NCBI GenBank assembly: GCA_964016885.1
Contig: OZ024749.1
Span: 15,748,001 to 15,812,000 of the forward strand
Length of the DNA: 64,000 nt
Direction of reading: 5' to 3'
Source of the DNA: Eledone cirrhosa
Taxonomy: Eukaryota
In this document: positions 42,001-58,100 of the stretch, piece by piece
Position numbering within the stretch: position 1 is the stretch's first letter
Layout: the number at the start of each line of letters is the position of its first letter
Notes under the pieces: model-generated
The model's input: the letters and a program-made list of their open reading frames with translations, nothing else
Database searches by the model: none
What the model was told of the DNA's origin: nothing
Position numbers and translations under genes: made by a program

Positions 42001-45000
42001 AACCCATGCACCCAGCCATCCACCCAACCAGCTAACCCATGCACCCAGCCCTCCACCCAACCAGCTAACCCATGCAGCCAGCCATCCACCCAACCAGCTA
42101 ACCCATACACCCAGCCATTCACCCAACCAGCTAACCCATGCACCCAGCCATCCACCCAACCAGCTAACCCATACACCCAGCCATCCACCCAACCAGCTAA
42201 GCCATACACCCAGCCATCCACCCAACCAGCTAACCCATACACCCAACCACACATTCAACCAGCTAACCCATACACCCAGCCATCCACCCAACCAGCTAAA
42301 CAATGCACCCAGCCATCCACCCAACCAGCTAACCCATACACCCAGCCATCCACCCATCCAGCTAACCCATACACCCAACCACACATTCAACCAGCTAACC
42401 CATACACCCAGCCATCCACCCAACCAGCTAAGCCATACACCCAGCCCTCCACCCAACCAGCCCAACCCATACACCCAACCACACATTCAACCAGCTAACC
42501 CATACACCCCGCCATCCACCCAACCAGCTAACCCTAACCCAACCACACATTCAACCAGCTAACCCATACACCCAGCTATCCACCCAACCAGCTAGCCCAT
42601 ACACCCAGCCCTCCACCCAACCAGCTAACCCATGCACCCGCCCTCCACCCAACCAGCTAAGCCATACACCCAGCTATCCACCCAACCAGCTAACCCATAC
42701 ACCCAGCCCTCCACCCAACCAGCTAACCCATACACCCAGCCATCCACTCAACCGGCTAACCCATGCACCCAGCCATCCACCCAATCAGCTAACCCATGCA
42801 CCCAGCCCTCCACCCAACCAGCTAACCCATGCACCCAGCCATCCACCCAACCAGCTAACCCATACACCCAGCCATCCACCCAACCAGCTAACCCATGCAC
42901 CCAGCCCTCCACCCAACCAGCTAACCCATGCACCCAGCCCTCCACCCAACCAGCTAACCCATGCACCCAGCCCTCCACCCAACCAGCTAACCCTTGCACC
43001 CAGCCATCCAACCAACCAGCTAACCCATGCACCCAGCCCTCCACCCAACCAGCTAACCCAGGCACCCAGCCCTCCACCCAACCAGCTAACCCATGCACCC
43101 AGCCCTCCACCCAACCAGCTAACCCATGAACCCAGCCATCCACCCAACCAGCTAACCCATGCACCCAGCCATCCACCCAACCAGCTAAGCCATACACCCA
43201 GCCCTCCACCCAACCAGCTAACCCATACACCCAGCCATCCACCCAACCAGCTAACCCATACACCCAGCCATCCACCCAACCAGCTAAGCCATACACCCAG
43301 CCCTCCACCCAACCAGCTAACCCATACACCCAGCCATCCACCCAACCAGCTAAGCCATACACCCAGCCCTCCACCCAACCAGCTAACCCATACACCCAGC
43401 CATTCACCCAACCAGCTAACCCATGCACCCAGCCATTCACCCAACCAGCTAACCCATGCACCCAGCCATCCACCCAACCAGCTAACCCATACACCCAGCC
43501 ATCCACCCAACCACTAAGCCATACACCCAGCCCTCCACCCAACCAGCTAACCCATACACCCAGCCATCCACACAACCAGCTAAGCCATTCACCCAGCCAT
43601 CCACCCAACCAGCTAACCCATGCACCCAGCCATCCACCCAACCAGCTAACCCATGCACCCAGCCCTCCACCCAACCAGCTAACCCATACACCCAGCCATC
43701 CACCCAACCAGCTAACCCATGCACCCAGCCATCCACCCAACCAGCTAACCCATGCACCCAGCCCTCCACCCAATCAGCTAACCCATACACCCAGCCATTC
43801 ACCCAACCAGCTAACCCATGCACCCAGCCCTCCACCCAACCAGCTAACCCATACACCCAGCCATCCACCCAACCAGCTATCCCATGCACCCAGCCATCCA
43901 CCCAACCAGCTAACCCATGCACCCAGCCATCCACCCAACCAGCTAACCCATGCACCCAGCCATCCACCCAACCAGCTAACCCATGCACCCAGCCATTCAC
44001 CCAACCAGCAACCCATGCACCCAGCCCTCCACCCAACCAGCTAACCCATACACCCAGCCATCCACCCAACCAGCTAACCCATACACCCAGCCATCCACCC
44101 AACCAGCTAACCCATGCACCCAGCCATCCACCCAACCAGCTAATCCATGCACCCAGCCATCCACCCAACCAGCTAACACATGCACCCAGCCATCCACCCA
44201 ACCAGCTAACCCATGCACCCAGCCATCCACCCAACCAGCTAACCCATGCACCCAGCCATCCACCCAACCAGCTAACCCATGCTCCCAGCCATCCACCCAA
44301 CCAGCTAACCCATGCACCCAGCCATCCACCCAACAAGCTAACCCATGCACCCAGCCATTCACCCAACCAGCAACCCATGCACCCAGCCCTCCACCCAACC
44401 AGCTAACCCATACACCCAGCCATCCACCCAACCAGCTAACCCATACACCCAGCCATCCACCCAACCAGCTAACCCATACACCCAGCAATCCACCCAACCA
44501 GCTAACCTATACACCCAGCCATCCACCCAACCATCTATCCCATGCACCCAGCCATCCACCCAACCAGCTAACCCATGCACCCAGCCATTCACCCAACCAG
44601 CAACCCATGCACCCAGCCCTCCACCCAACCAGCTAACCCATGCACCCAGCCATCCACCCAACCAGCTAACCCATGCACCCAACCATCCACCCAACCAGCT
44701 AACCCATGAACCCAGCCACCCACCCAACCAGCTAACCCATGCACCCAGCCATCCACCCAACCAGCTAACCCATGCACCCAGTCATCCACCCAACCAGCTA
44801 ACACATACACCCAACCACAGATTCAACCAGCTAACCCATACACCCAACCACACATTCAACCACCTAACCCATACACCCAGCCCTCCACCCAACCAGCTAA
44901 CCCATGCACCCAGCCATCCACCCAACCAGCTAACCCATGCACCCAGCCATCCACCCAACCAGCTAACACATGCACCCAGCCATCCACCCAACTAGCTAAC

Positions 45001-48000
45001 CCATACACCCAACCATCCACCCAACCAGCTAACCCATGCACCCAGCCATCCACCCAACCAGCTAACCCATACACCCAACCACTCATTCAACCAGCTAACC
45101 CATACACCCAGCCATCCACCCAACCAGCTAACCCATACACCCAACCACACATTCAACCAACTAACCCATGCACCCAACCATCCAGCCAACCAGCTAACCC
45201 ATGCACCCAGCCCTCCACCCAACCAGCTAACACATACACCCAACCACACATTCAACCAGCTAACCCATGCACCCAGCCATCCACCCAACCAGCTAACCCA
45301 TGCACCCAGCCCTCCACCCAACCAGCTAACCCATACACCCAACCACACATTCAACCAGCTAACCCATACACCCAGCCATCCACCCAACCAGCTAACCCAT
45401 ACACCCAACCACACATTCAACCAGCTAACCCATGCACCCAGCCATCCACCCAACCAGCTAACCCATACACCCAGCCATCTACCCAACCAGCTAACCCATA
45501 CACCCAGCCCTCCACCCAACCACCTAACCCATACACCCAGCCATCCACCCAACCACCTAACCCATACACCCAGCCATCCACCCAACCAGCTAACCCATAC
45601 ACCCAACCACACATTCAACCAGCTAACCCATGCACCCAGCCATCCCCCAACCAGCTAACCCATACACCCAGCCATCCACCCAACCAGCTAACCCATACAC
45701 CCAGCCATCCACCCAACCAGCTAAAGCATACACCCAGCCATCCACCCAACTAGCTAACCCATACACCCAGCCATCCACCCAACCAGCTAACCCATACACC
45801 CAGCCATCCACCCAACCATCTAACCCATACACCCAACCACACATTCAACCAGCTAACCCATACACCCAACCACAAATTCAACCAGCTAACCCATACACCC
45901 AGCCATCCACCCAACCAGCTAACCCTAACCCAACCACACATTCAACCAGCTAACCCATACAACCAGCCATCCACCCAACCTGCTAACCCATACACCCAGC
46001 CCTCCACCCAACCAGCTAACCCATACACCCAACCACACATTCAACCAGCTAACCCATACACCCAACCCTCCACCCAACCAGCTAACCCATACACCCAGCC
46101 ATCCACCCAACCAGCTAACCCATACGCCCAGCCATCCACCCAACCAGCTAACCCATACACCCAACCCTCCAGCCAACCCATACACCCAACCACTCATTCA
46201 ACCAGTTAACCCATACACCCAACCACACATTCAACCAGCTAACCCATATACCTAACCCTCCACCCAACCAGCTAACCCATACACCCAACCCTCCAGCCAA
46301 CCCATACACCCAACCACACATTCAACCAGTTAACCCATACACCCAACCACACATTCAACCAGCTAACCCATACACCCAGCCCTCCACCCAACCAGCTAAC
46401 CCATACACCCAGCCATCCACCCAACCAGCTAACCCCTACACCCAGCCATCCACCCAACCAGCTAACCCATGCACCCAGCCATCCACCCAACCAGCTAACC
46501 CATGCACCCAGCCATTCACCCAACCAGCTAACCCATGCACCCAACCATCCACCCAACCAGCTAACCCATGAACCCAGCCACCCACCCAACCAGCTAACCC
46601 ATGCACCCAGCCATCCACCCAACCAGCTAACCCATGCACCCAGCCATCCACGCAACCAGCTAACCCATGCACCCAGCCATCCACCCAACCAGCTAACCCA
46701 TACACCCAACCACAGATTCAACCAGCTAACCCATACACCCAACCACACATTCAACCACCTAACCCATACACCCAGCCCTCCACCCAACCAGCTAACCCAT
46801 GCACCCAGCCATCCACCCAACCAGCTAACCCATGCACCCAGCCATCCACCCAACCAGCTAACCCATGCACCCAGCCATCCACCCAACTAGCTAACCCATA
46901 CACCCAACCAGCTAACCCATGCACCCAGCCATCCACTCAACCAGCTAACCCATAGACCCAACCACTCATTCAACCAGCTAACCATACACCCAGCCATCCA
47001 CCCAACCAGCTAACCCATACACCCAACCACACATTCAACCAGCTAACCCATGCACCCAGCCATCCAGCCAACCAGCTAACCCATGCACCCAGCCCTCCAC
47101 CCAACCAGCTAACACATACACCCAACCACACATTCAACCAGCTAACCCATGCACCCAGCCATCCACCCAACCAGCTAACCCATGCACCCAGCCCTCCAGC
47201 TAACCAGCTAACCCATACACCGAACCACACATTCAACCAGCTAACCCATGCACCCAGCCATCCACCCAACCAGCTAACCCATACACCCAGCCATCTACCC
47301 AACCAGCTAACCCATACACCCAGCCATCCACCCAACCAGCTAACCCATGCACCCAGCCATCCACCCAACCAGCTAACCCATGCACCCAGCCTTCACCCAA
47401 CCAGCAACCCATGCACCCAGCCCTCCACCCAACCAGCTAACCCATACACCCAACCACACATTCAACCAGCTAACCCATGCACCCAGCCATCCACCCAACC
47501 AGCTAACCCATACACCCAGCCATCTACCCAACCAGCTAACCCATACACCCAGCCCTCCACCCAACCACCTAACTCATACACCCAGCCATCCACCCAACCA
47601 CCTAACCCATACACCCAGCCATCCACCCAACCAGCTAACCCATACACCCAACCACACATTCAACCAGCTAACCCATGCACCCAGCCATCCCCCAACCAGC
47701 TAACCCATACACCCAGCCATCCACCCAACCAGCTAACCCATACACCCAGCCATCCACCCAACCAGCTAAAGCATACACCCAGCCATCCACCCAACTAGCT
47801 AACCCATACATCCAGCCATCCACCCAACCAGCTAATCCATACACCCAACCACACATTCAACCAGCTAACCCATACACCCAACCACACATTCAACCAGCTA
47901 ACCCATACACCCAGCCATCCACCCAACCAGCTAACCCTAACCCAACCACACATTCAACCAGCTAACCCATACAACCAGCCATCCACCCAACTTGCTAACC

Positions 48001-51000
48001 CATACACCCAGCCCTCCACCCAACCAGCTAACCCATACACCCAACCACACATTCAACCAGCTAACCCATACACCCAACCCTCCACCCAACCAGCTAACCG
48101 ATACACCCAGCCATCCACCCAACCAGCTAACCCATACACCCAGCCATCCACCCAACCAGCTAACCCATACACCCAGCCATCCACCCAACCAGCTAACCCA
48201 TGCACCCAGCCATTCACCCAACCAGCTAACCCATGCACCCAACCATCCACCCAACCAGCTAACCCATGAACCCAGCCACCCACCCAACCAGCTAACCCAT
48301 GCACCCAGCCATCCACCCAACCAGCTAACCCATGCACCCAGTCATCCACCCAACCAGCTAACCCATACACCCAACCACAGATTCAACCAGCTAACCCATA
48401 CACCCAACCACACATTCAACCACCTAACCCATACACCCAGCCCTCCACCCAACCAGCTAACCCATGCACCCAGCCATCCACCCAACCAGCTAACCCATGC
48501 ACCCAGCCATCCACCCAACCAGCTAACACATGCACCCAGCCATCCACCCAACTAGCTAACCCATACACCCAACCATCCACCCAACCAGCTAACCCATGCA
48601 CCCAGCCATCCACCCAACCAGCTAACCCATACACCCAACCACTCATTCAACCAGCTAACCCATACACCCAGCCATCCACCCAACCAGCTAACCCATACAC
48701 CCAACCACACATTCAACCAACTAACCCATGCACCCAACCATCCAGCCAACCAGCTAACCCATGCACCCAGCCCTCCACCCAACCAGCTAACACATACACC
48801 CAACCACACATTCAACCAGCTAACCCATGCACCCAGCCATCCACCCAACCAGCTAACCCATGCACCCAGCCCTCCACCCAACCAGCTAACCCATACACCC
48901 AACCACACATTCAACCAGCTAACCCATACACCCAGCCATCCACCCAACCAGCTAACCCATACACCCAACCACACATTCAACCAGCTAACCCATGCACCCA
49001 GCCATCCACCCAACCAGCTAACCCATACACCCAGCCATCTACCCAACCAGCTAACCCATACACCCAGCCCTCCACCCAACCACCTAACCCATACACCCAG
49101 CCATCCACCCAACCACCTAACCCATACACCCAGCCATCCACCCAACCAGCTAACCCATACACCCAACCACACATTCAACCAGCTAACCCATGCACCCAGC
49201 CATCCCCCAACCAGCTAACCCATACACCCAGCCATCCACCCAACCAGCTAACCCATACACCCAGCCATCCACCCAACCAGCTAAAGCATACACCCAGCCA
49301 TCCACCCAACTAGCTAACCCATACACCCAGCCATCCACCCAACCAGCTAACCCATACACCCAGCCATCCACCCAACCATCTAACCCATACACCCAACCAC
49401 ACATTCAACCAGCTAACCCATACACCCAACCACAAATTCAACCAGCTAACCCATACACCCAGCCATCCACCCAACCAGCTAACCCTAACCCAACCACACA
49501 TTCAACCAGCTAACCCATACAACCAGCCATCCACCCAACCTGCTAACCCATACACCCAGCCCTCCACCCAACCAGCTAACCCATACACCCAACCACACAT
49601 TCAACCAGCTAACCCATACACCCAACCCTCCACCCAACCAGCTAACCCATACACCCAGCCATCCACCCAACCAGCTAACCCATACGCCCAGCCATCCACC
49701 CAACCAGCTAACCCATACACCCAACCCTCCAGCCAACCCATACACCCAACCACACATTCAACCAGTTAACCCATACACCCAACCACACATTCAACCAGCT
49801 AACCCATATACCTAACCCTCCACCCAACCAGCTAACCCATACACCCAACCCTCCAGCCAACCCATACACCCAACCACACATTCAACCAGTTAACCCATAC
49901 ACCCAACCACACATTCAACCAGCTAACCCATACACCCAGCCCTCCACCCAACCAGCTAACCCATACACCCAGCCATCCACCCAACCAGTTAACCCCTACA
50001 CCCAGCCATCCACCCAACCAGCTAACCCATGCACCCAGCCATCCACCCAACCAGCTAACCCATGCACCCAGCCATTCACCCAACCAGCTAACCCATGCAC
50101 CCAACCATCCACCCAACCAGCTAACCCATGAACCCAGCCACCCACCCAACCAGCTAACCCATGCACCCAGCCATCCACCCAACCAGCTAACCCATGCACC
50201 CAGCCATCCACGCAACCAGCTAACCCATGCACCCAGCCATCCACCCAACCAGCTAACCCATACACCCAACCACAGATTCAACCAGCTAACCCATACACCC
50301 AACCACACATTCAACCACCTAACCCATACACCCAGCCCTCCACCCAACCAGCTAACCCATGCACCCAGCCATCCACCCAACCAGCTAACCCATGCACCCA
50401 GCCATCCACCCAACCAGCTAACCCATGCACCCAGCCATCCACCCAACTAGCTAACCCATACACCCAACCAGCTAACCCATGCACCCAGCCATCCACTCAA
50501 CCAGCTAACCCATAGACCCAACCACTCATTCAACCAGCTAACCATACACCCAGCCATCCACCCAACCAGCTAACCCATAAACCCAACCACACATTCAACC
50601 AGCTAACCCATGCACCCAGCCATCCAGCCAACCAGCTAACCCATGCACCCAGCCCTCCACCCAACCAGCTAACACATACACCCAACCACACATTCAACCA
50701 GCTAACCCATGCACCCAGCCATCCACCCAACCAGCTAACCCATGCACCCAGCCCTCCAGCTAACCAGCTAACCCATACACCGAACCACACATTCAACCAG
50801 CTAACCCATGCACCCAGCCATCCACCCAACCAGCTAACCCATACACCCAGCCATCTACCCAACCAGCTAACCCATACACCCAGCCATCCACCCAACCAGC
50901 TAACCCATGCACCCAGCCATCCACCCAACCAGCTAACCCATGCACCCAGCCTTCACCCAACCAGCAACCCATGCACCCAGCCCTCCACCCAACCAGCTAA

Positions 51001-54000
51001 CCCATACACCCAACCACACATTCAACCAGCTAACCCATGCACCCAGCCATCCACCCAACCAGCTAACCCATACACCCAGCCATCTACCCAACCAGCTAAC
51101 CCATACACCCAGCCCTCCACCCAACCACCTAACTCATACACCCAGCCATCCACCCAACCACCTAACCCATACACCCAGCCATCCACCCAACCAGCTAACC
51201 CATACACCCAACCACACATTCAACCAGCTAACCCATGCACCCAGCCATCCCCCAACCAGCTAACCCATACACCCAGCCATCCACCCAACCAGCTAACCCA
51301 TACACCCAGCCATCCACCCAACCAGCTAAAGCATACACCCAGCCATCCACCCAACTAGCTAACCCATACATCCAGCCATCCACCCAACCAGCTAATCCAT
51401 ACACCCAACCACACATTCAACCAGCTAACCCATACACCCAACCACACATTCAACCAGCTAACCCATACACCCAGCCATCCACCCAACCAGCTAACCCTAA
51501 CCCAACCACACATTCAACCAGCTAACCCATACAACCAGCCATCCACCCAACTTGCTAACCCATACACCCAGCCCTCCACCCAACCAGCTAACCCATACAC
51601 CCAACCACACATTCAACCAGCTAACCCATACACCCAACCCTCCACCCAACCAGCTAACCGATACACCCAGCCATCCACCCAACCAGCTAACCCATACGCC
51701 CAGCCATCCACCCAACCAGCTAACCCATACACCCAACCCTCCAGCCAACCCATACACCCAACCACACATTCAACCAGTTAACCCATACACCCAACCACAC
51801 ATTCAACCAGCTAACCCATACACCCAACCCTCCACCCAACCAGCTAACCCATACACCCAACCCTCCACCCAACCAGCTAACCCATACACCCAACCCTCCA
51901 GCCAACCCATACACCCAACCACACATTCAACCAGCTAACATATCCACTATACCATCTACCTATCCAGCTAACGCATACACCCAACCCTCCACCCAAACAG
52001 CTAACCCATACACCCAACCCTCCACCCAAACAGCTAACCCATGCACCCAGCCCTCCACCCAACCAGCTAACCCATACACCCAGCCATCCACCCAACCAGC
52101 TAACCCATGCACCCAGCCATCCACCCAACCAGCTAACCCATGCACCCAGCCATCCACCCAACCAGCTAACCCATGCACCCAGCCATCCACCCAACCAGCT
52201 AACCCATGCACCCTGCCATTCACCCAACCAGCAACCCATGCACCCAGCCCTCCACCCAACCAGCTAACCCATACACCCAGCCATCCACCCAACCAGCTAA
52301 CCCATACACCCAGCCATCCACCCAACCAGCTAACCCATACACCCAGCCATCCACCCAACCAGCTAACCCATACACCCAGCCATCCACCCAACCAGCTATC
52401 CCATGCACCCAGCCATCCACCCAAACAGCTAACCCATGCACCCAGCCATTCACCCAACCAGCAACCCATGCACCCAGCCCTCCACCCAACCAGCTAACCC
52501 ATACACACAGCCATCCACCCAACCAGCTAACCCATACACCCAGCCATCCACCCAACCAGCTAACCCATGCACCCAGCCATCCACCCAACCAGCTAACCCA
52601 TGCACCCAGCCATTCACCCAACCAGCTAACCCATGCACCCAACCATACACCCAACCACACATTCAACCACCTAACCCATACACCCAGCCCTCCACCCAAC
52701 CAGCTAACCCATGCACCCAGCCATCCACCCAACCAGCTAACCCATGCACCAAGCCATCCACCCAACCAGCTAACCCATGCACCCAGCCATCCACCCAACT
52801 AGCTAACCCATACACCCAACCATCCACCCCATGCACCCAGCCATCCACCCAACCAGCTAACCCATACACCCAACCACTCATTCAACCAGCTAACCCATAC
52901 ACCCAGCCATCCACCCAACCAGCTAACCCATACACCCAACCACACATTCAACCAGCTAACCCATGCACCCAGCCATCCAGCCAACCAGCTAACCCATGCA
53001 CCCAGCCCTCCACCCAACCAGCTAACACATACACCCAACCACACATTCAACCAGCTAACCCATGCACCCAGCCATCCACCCAACCAGCTAACCCATGCAC
53101 CCAGCCCTCCACCCAACCAGCTAACCCATATACCCAACCACACATTCAACCAGCTAACCCATACACCCAGCCATCCACCCAACCAGCTAACCCATACACC
53201 CAACCACACATTCAACCAGCTAACCCATGCACCCAGCCATCCACCCAACCAGCTAACCCATACACCCAGCCATCTACCCAACCAGCTAACCCATACACCC
53301 AGCCCTCCACCCAACCACCTAACCCATACACCCAGCCATCCACCCAACCAGCTAACCCATACACCCAACCACACATTCAACCAGCTAACCCATGCACCCA
53401 GCCATCCCCCAACCAGCTAACCCATACACCCAGCCATCCACCCAACCAGCTAACCCATACACCCAGCCATCCACCCAACCAGCTAAAGCATACACCCAGC
53501 CATCCACCCAACTAGCTAACCCATACACCCAGCCATCCACCCAACCAGCTAACCCATACACCCAGCCATCCACCCAACCAGCTAACCCATACACCCAACC
53601 ACACATTCAACCAGCTAACCCATACACCCAACCACACATTCAACCAGCTAACCCATACACCCAGCCATCCACCCAACCAGCTAACCCTAACCCAACCACA
53701 CATTCAACCAGCTAACCCATACAACCAGCCATCCACCCAACCTGCTAACCCATACACCCAGCCCTCCACCCAACCAGCTAACCCATACACCCAACCACAC
53801 ATTCAACCAGCTAACCCATACACCCAACCCTCCACCCAACCAGCTAACCCATACACCCAGCCATCCACCCAACCAGCTAACCCATACGCCCAGCCATCCA
53901 CCCAACCAGCTAACCCATACACCCAACCCTCCAGCCAACCCATACACCCAACCACACATTCAACCAGTTAACCCATACACCCAACCACACATTCAACCAG

Positions 54001-55186
54001 CTAACCCATACACCCAACCCTCCACCCAACCAGCTAACCCATACACCCAACCCTCCACCCAACCAGCTAACCCATACACCCAACCCTCCACCCAACCAGC
54101 TAACCCATACACCCAACCCTCCAGCCAACCCATACACCCAACCACACATTCAACCAGCTAACATATCCACTATACCATCTACCTATCCAGCTAACGCATA
54201 CACCCAACCCTCCACCCAAACAGCTAACCCATACACCCAACCCTCCACCCAAACAGCTAACCCATACACCCAGCCCTCCACCCAACCAGCTAACCCATAC
54301 ACCCAACCCTCCACCCAACCAGCTAACCCATACACCCAACCCTCCAGCCAACCCATACACCCAACCACACATTCAACCAGTTAACCCATACACCCAACCA
54401 CACATTCAACCAGCTAACCCATACACCCAGCCCTCCACCCAACCAGCTAACCCATACACCCAGCCATCCACCCAACCAGCTAACCCCTACACCCAGCCAT
54501 CCACCCAACCAGCTAACCCATGCACCCAGCCATCCACCCAACCAGCTAACCCATGCACCCAGCCATTCACCCAACCAGCTAACCCATGCACCCAACCATC
54601 CACCCAACCAGCTAACCCATGAACCCAGCCACCCACCCAACCAGCTAACCCATGCACCCAGCCATCCACCCAACCAGCTAACCCATGCACCCAGCCATCC
54701 ACGCAACCAGCTAACCCATGCACCCAGCCATCCACCCAACCAGCTAACCCATACACCCAACCACAGATTCAACCAGCTAACCCATACACCCAACCACACA
54801 TTCAACCACCTAACCCATACACCCAGCCCTCCACCCAACCAGCTAACCCATGCACCCAGCCATCCACCCAACCAGCTAACCCATGCACCCAGCCATCCAC
54901 CCAACCAGCTAACCCATGCACCCAGCCATCCACCCAACTAGCTAACCCATACACCCAACCAGCTAACCCATGCACCCAGCCATCCACTCAACCAGCTAAC
55001 CCATAGACCCAACCACTCATTCAACCAGCTAACCATACACCCAGCCATCCACCCAACCAGCTAACCCATACACCCAACCACACATTCAACCAGCTAACCC
55101 ATGCACCCAGCCATCCAGCCAACCAGCTAACCCATGCACCCAGCCCTCCACCCAACCAGCTAACACATACACCCAACCACACATTC
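27027..55186. repeat. Tandem duplication of a ~14.1-kb higher-order block
   Basis: Identical ORF translations at offset 14,113 (27033/41146, 27729/41842, 29870/43983), then 14,047 after a 66-bp deletion near 44.6 kb (30945/44992, 38389/52436, 40755/54802). Junction at ~41,140. Confidence 0.92.
30507..37650. repeat. 3,560-bp higher-order tandem duplication (repeated again at ~44.6-51.7 kb)
   Basis: Identical ORF translations at offset 3,560 (30945/34505, 32225/35785, 33628/37188; 44992/48552). Junction at ~34,067-34,090. Confidence 0.92.
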
Positions 55187-58100
55187 AACCAGCTAACCCA
55201 TGCACCCAGCCATCCACCCAACCAGCTAACCCATGCACCCAGCCCTCCAGCTAACCAGCTAACCCATACACCGAACCACACATTCAACCAGCTAACCCAT
55301 GCACCCAGCCATCCACCCAACCAGCTAACCCATACACCCAGCCATCTACCCAACCAGCTAACCCATACACCCAGCCATCCACCCAACCAGCTAACCCATG
55401 CACCCAGCCATCCACCCAACCAGCTAACCCATGCACCCAGCCTTCACCCAACCAGCAACCCATGCACCCAGCCCTCCACCCAACCAGCTAACCCATACAC
55501 CCAACCACACATTCAACCAGCTAACCCATGCACCCAGCCATCCACCCAACCAGCTAACCCATACACCCAGCCATCTACCCAACCAGCTAACCCATACACC
55601 CAGCCCTCCACCCAACCACCTAACTCATACACCCAGCCATCCACCCAACCACCTAACCCATACACCCAGCCATCCACCCAACCAGCTAACCCATACACCC
55701 AACCACACATTCAACCAGCTAACCCATGCACCCAGCCATCCCCCAACCAGCTAACCCATACACCCAGCCATCCACCCAACCAGCTAACCCATACACCCAG
55801 CCATCCACCCAACCAGCTAAAGCATACACCCAGCCATCCACCCAACTAGCTAACCCATACATCCAGCCATCCACCCAACCAGCTAATCCATACACCCAAC
55901 CACACATTCAACCAGCTAACCCATACACCCAACCACACATTCAACCAGCTAACCCATACACCCAGCCATCCACCCAACCAGCTAACCCTAACCCAACCAC
56001 ACATTCAACCAGCTAACCCATACAACCAGCCATCCACCCAACTTGCTAACCCATACACCCAGCCCTCCACCCAACCAGCTAACCCATACACCCAACCACA
56101 CATTCAACCAGCTAACCCATACACCCAACCCTCCACCCAACCAGCTAACCGATACACCCAGCCATCCACCCAACCAGCTAACCCATACGCCCAGCCATCC
56201 ACCCAACCAGCTAACCCATACACCCAACCCTCCAGCCAACCCATACACCCAACCACACATTCAACCAGTTAACCCATACACCCAACCACACATTCAACCA
56301 GCTAACCCATACACCCAACCCTCCACCCAACCAGCTAACCCATACACCCAACCCTCCACCCAACCAGCTAACCCATACACCCAACCCTCCAGCCAACCCA
56401 TACACCCAACCACACATTCAACCAGCTAACATATCCACTATACCATCTACCTATCCAGCTAACGCATACACCCAACCCTCCACCCAAACAGCTAACCCAT
56501 ACACCCAACCCTCCACCCAAACAGCTAACCCATGCACCCAGCCCTCCACCCAACCAGCTAACCCATACACCCAGCCATCCACCCAACCAGCTAACCCATG
56601 CACCCAGCCATCCACCCAACCAGCTAACCCATGCACCCAGCCATCCACCCAACCAGCTAACCCATGCACCCAGCCATCCACCCAACCAGCTAACCCATGC
56701 ACCCTGCCATTCACCCAACCAGCAACCCATGCACCCAGCCCTCCACCCAACCAGCTAACCCATACACCCAGCCATCCACCCAACCAGCTAACCCATACAC
56801 CCAGCCATCCACCCAACCAGCTAACCCATACACCCAGCCATCCACCCAACCAGCTAACCCATACACCCAGCCATCCACCCAACCAGCTATCCCATGCACC
56901 CAGCCATCCACCCAAACAGCTAACCCATGCACCCAGCCATTCACCCAACCAGCAACCCATGCACCCAGCCCTCCACCCAACCAGCTAACCCATACACCCA
57001 GCCATCCACCCAACCAGCTAACCCATACACCCAGCCATCCACCCAACCAGCTAACCCATGCACCCAGCCATCCACCCAACCAGCTAACCCATGCACCCAG
57101 CCATTCACCCAACCAGCTAACCCATGCACCCAACCATACACCCAACCACACATTCAACCACCTAACCCATACACCCAGCCCTCCACCCAACCAGCTAACC
57201 CATGCACCCAGCCATCCACCCAACCAGCTAACCCATGCACCAAGCCATCCACCCAACCAGCTAACCCATGCACCCAGCCATCCACCCAACTAGCTAACCC
57301 ATACACCCAACCATCCACCCCATGCACCCAGCCATCCACCCAACCAGCTAACCCATACACCCAACCACTCATTCAACCAGCTAACCCATACACCCAGCCA
57401 TCCACCCAACCAGCTAACCCATACACCCAACCACACATTCAACCAGCTAACCCATGCACCCAGCCATCCAGCCAACCAGCTAACCCATGCACCCAGCCCT
57501 CCACCCAACCAGCTAACACATACACCCAACCACACATTCAACCAGCTAACCCATGCACCCAGCCATCCACCCAACCAGCTAACCCATGCACCCAGCCCTC
57601 CACCCAACCAGCTAACCCATATACCCAACCACACATTCAACCAGCTAACCCATACACCCAGCCATCCACCCAACCAGCTAACCCATACACCCAACCACAC
57701 ATTCAACCAGCTAACCCATGCACCCAGCCATCCACCCAACCAGCTAACCCATACACCCAGCCATCTACCCAACCAGCTAACCCATACACCCAGCCCTCCA
57801 CCCAACCACCTAACCCATACACCCAGCCATCCACCCAACCAGCTAACCCATACACCCAACCACACATTCAACCAGCTAACCCATGCACCCAGCCATCCCC
57901 CAACCAGCTAACCCATACACCCAGCCATCCACCCAACCAGCTAACCCATACACCCAGCCATCCACCCAACCAGCTAAAGCATACACCCAGCCATCCACCC
58001 AACTAGCTAACCCATACACCCAGCCATCCACCCAACCAGCTAACCCATACACCCAGCCATCCACCCAACCAGCTAACCCATACACCCAACCACACATTCA

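Noticed and set aside
10160-58000. TAC/TGC and CAA/CAG toggles as a footprint of A-to-I edited RNA written back into DNA
   Set aside because: Ordinary transitions amplified by duplication suffice; transversion variants (A/C, C/G) are also common and nothing indicates an RNA intermediate.
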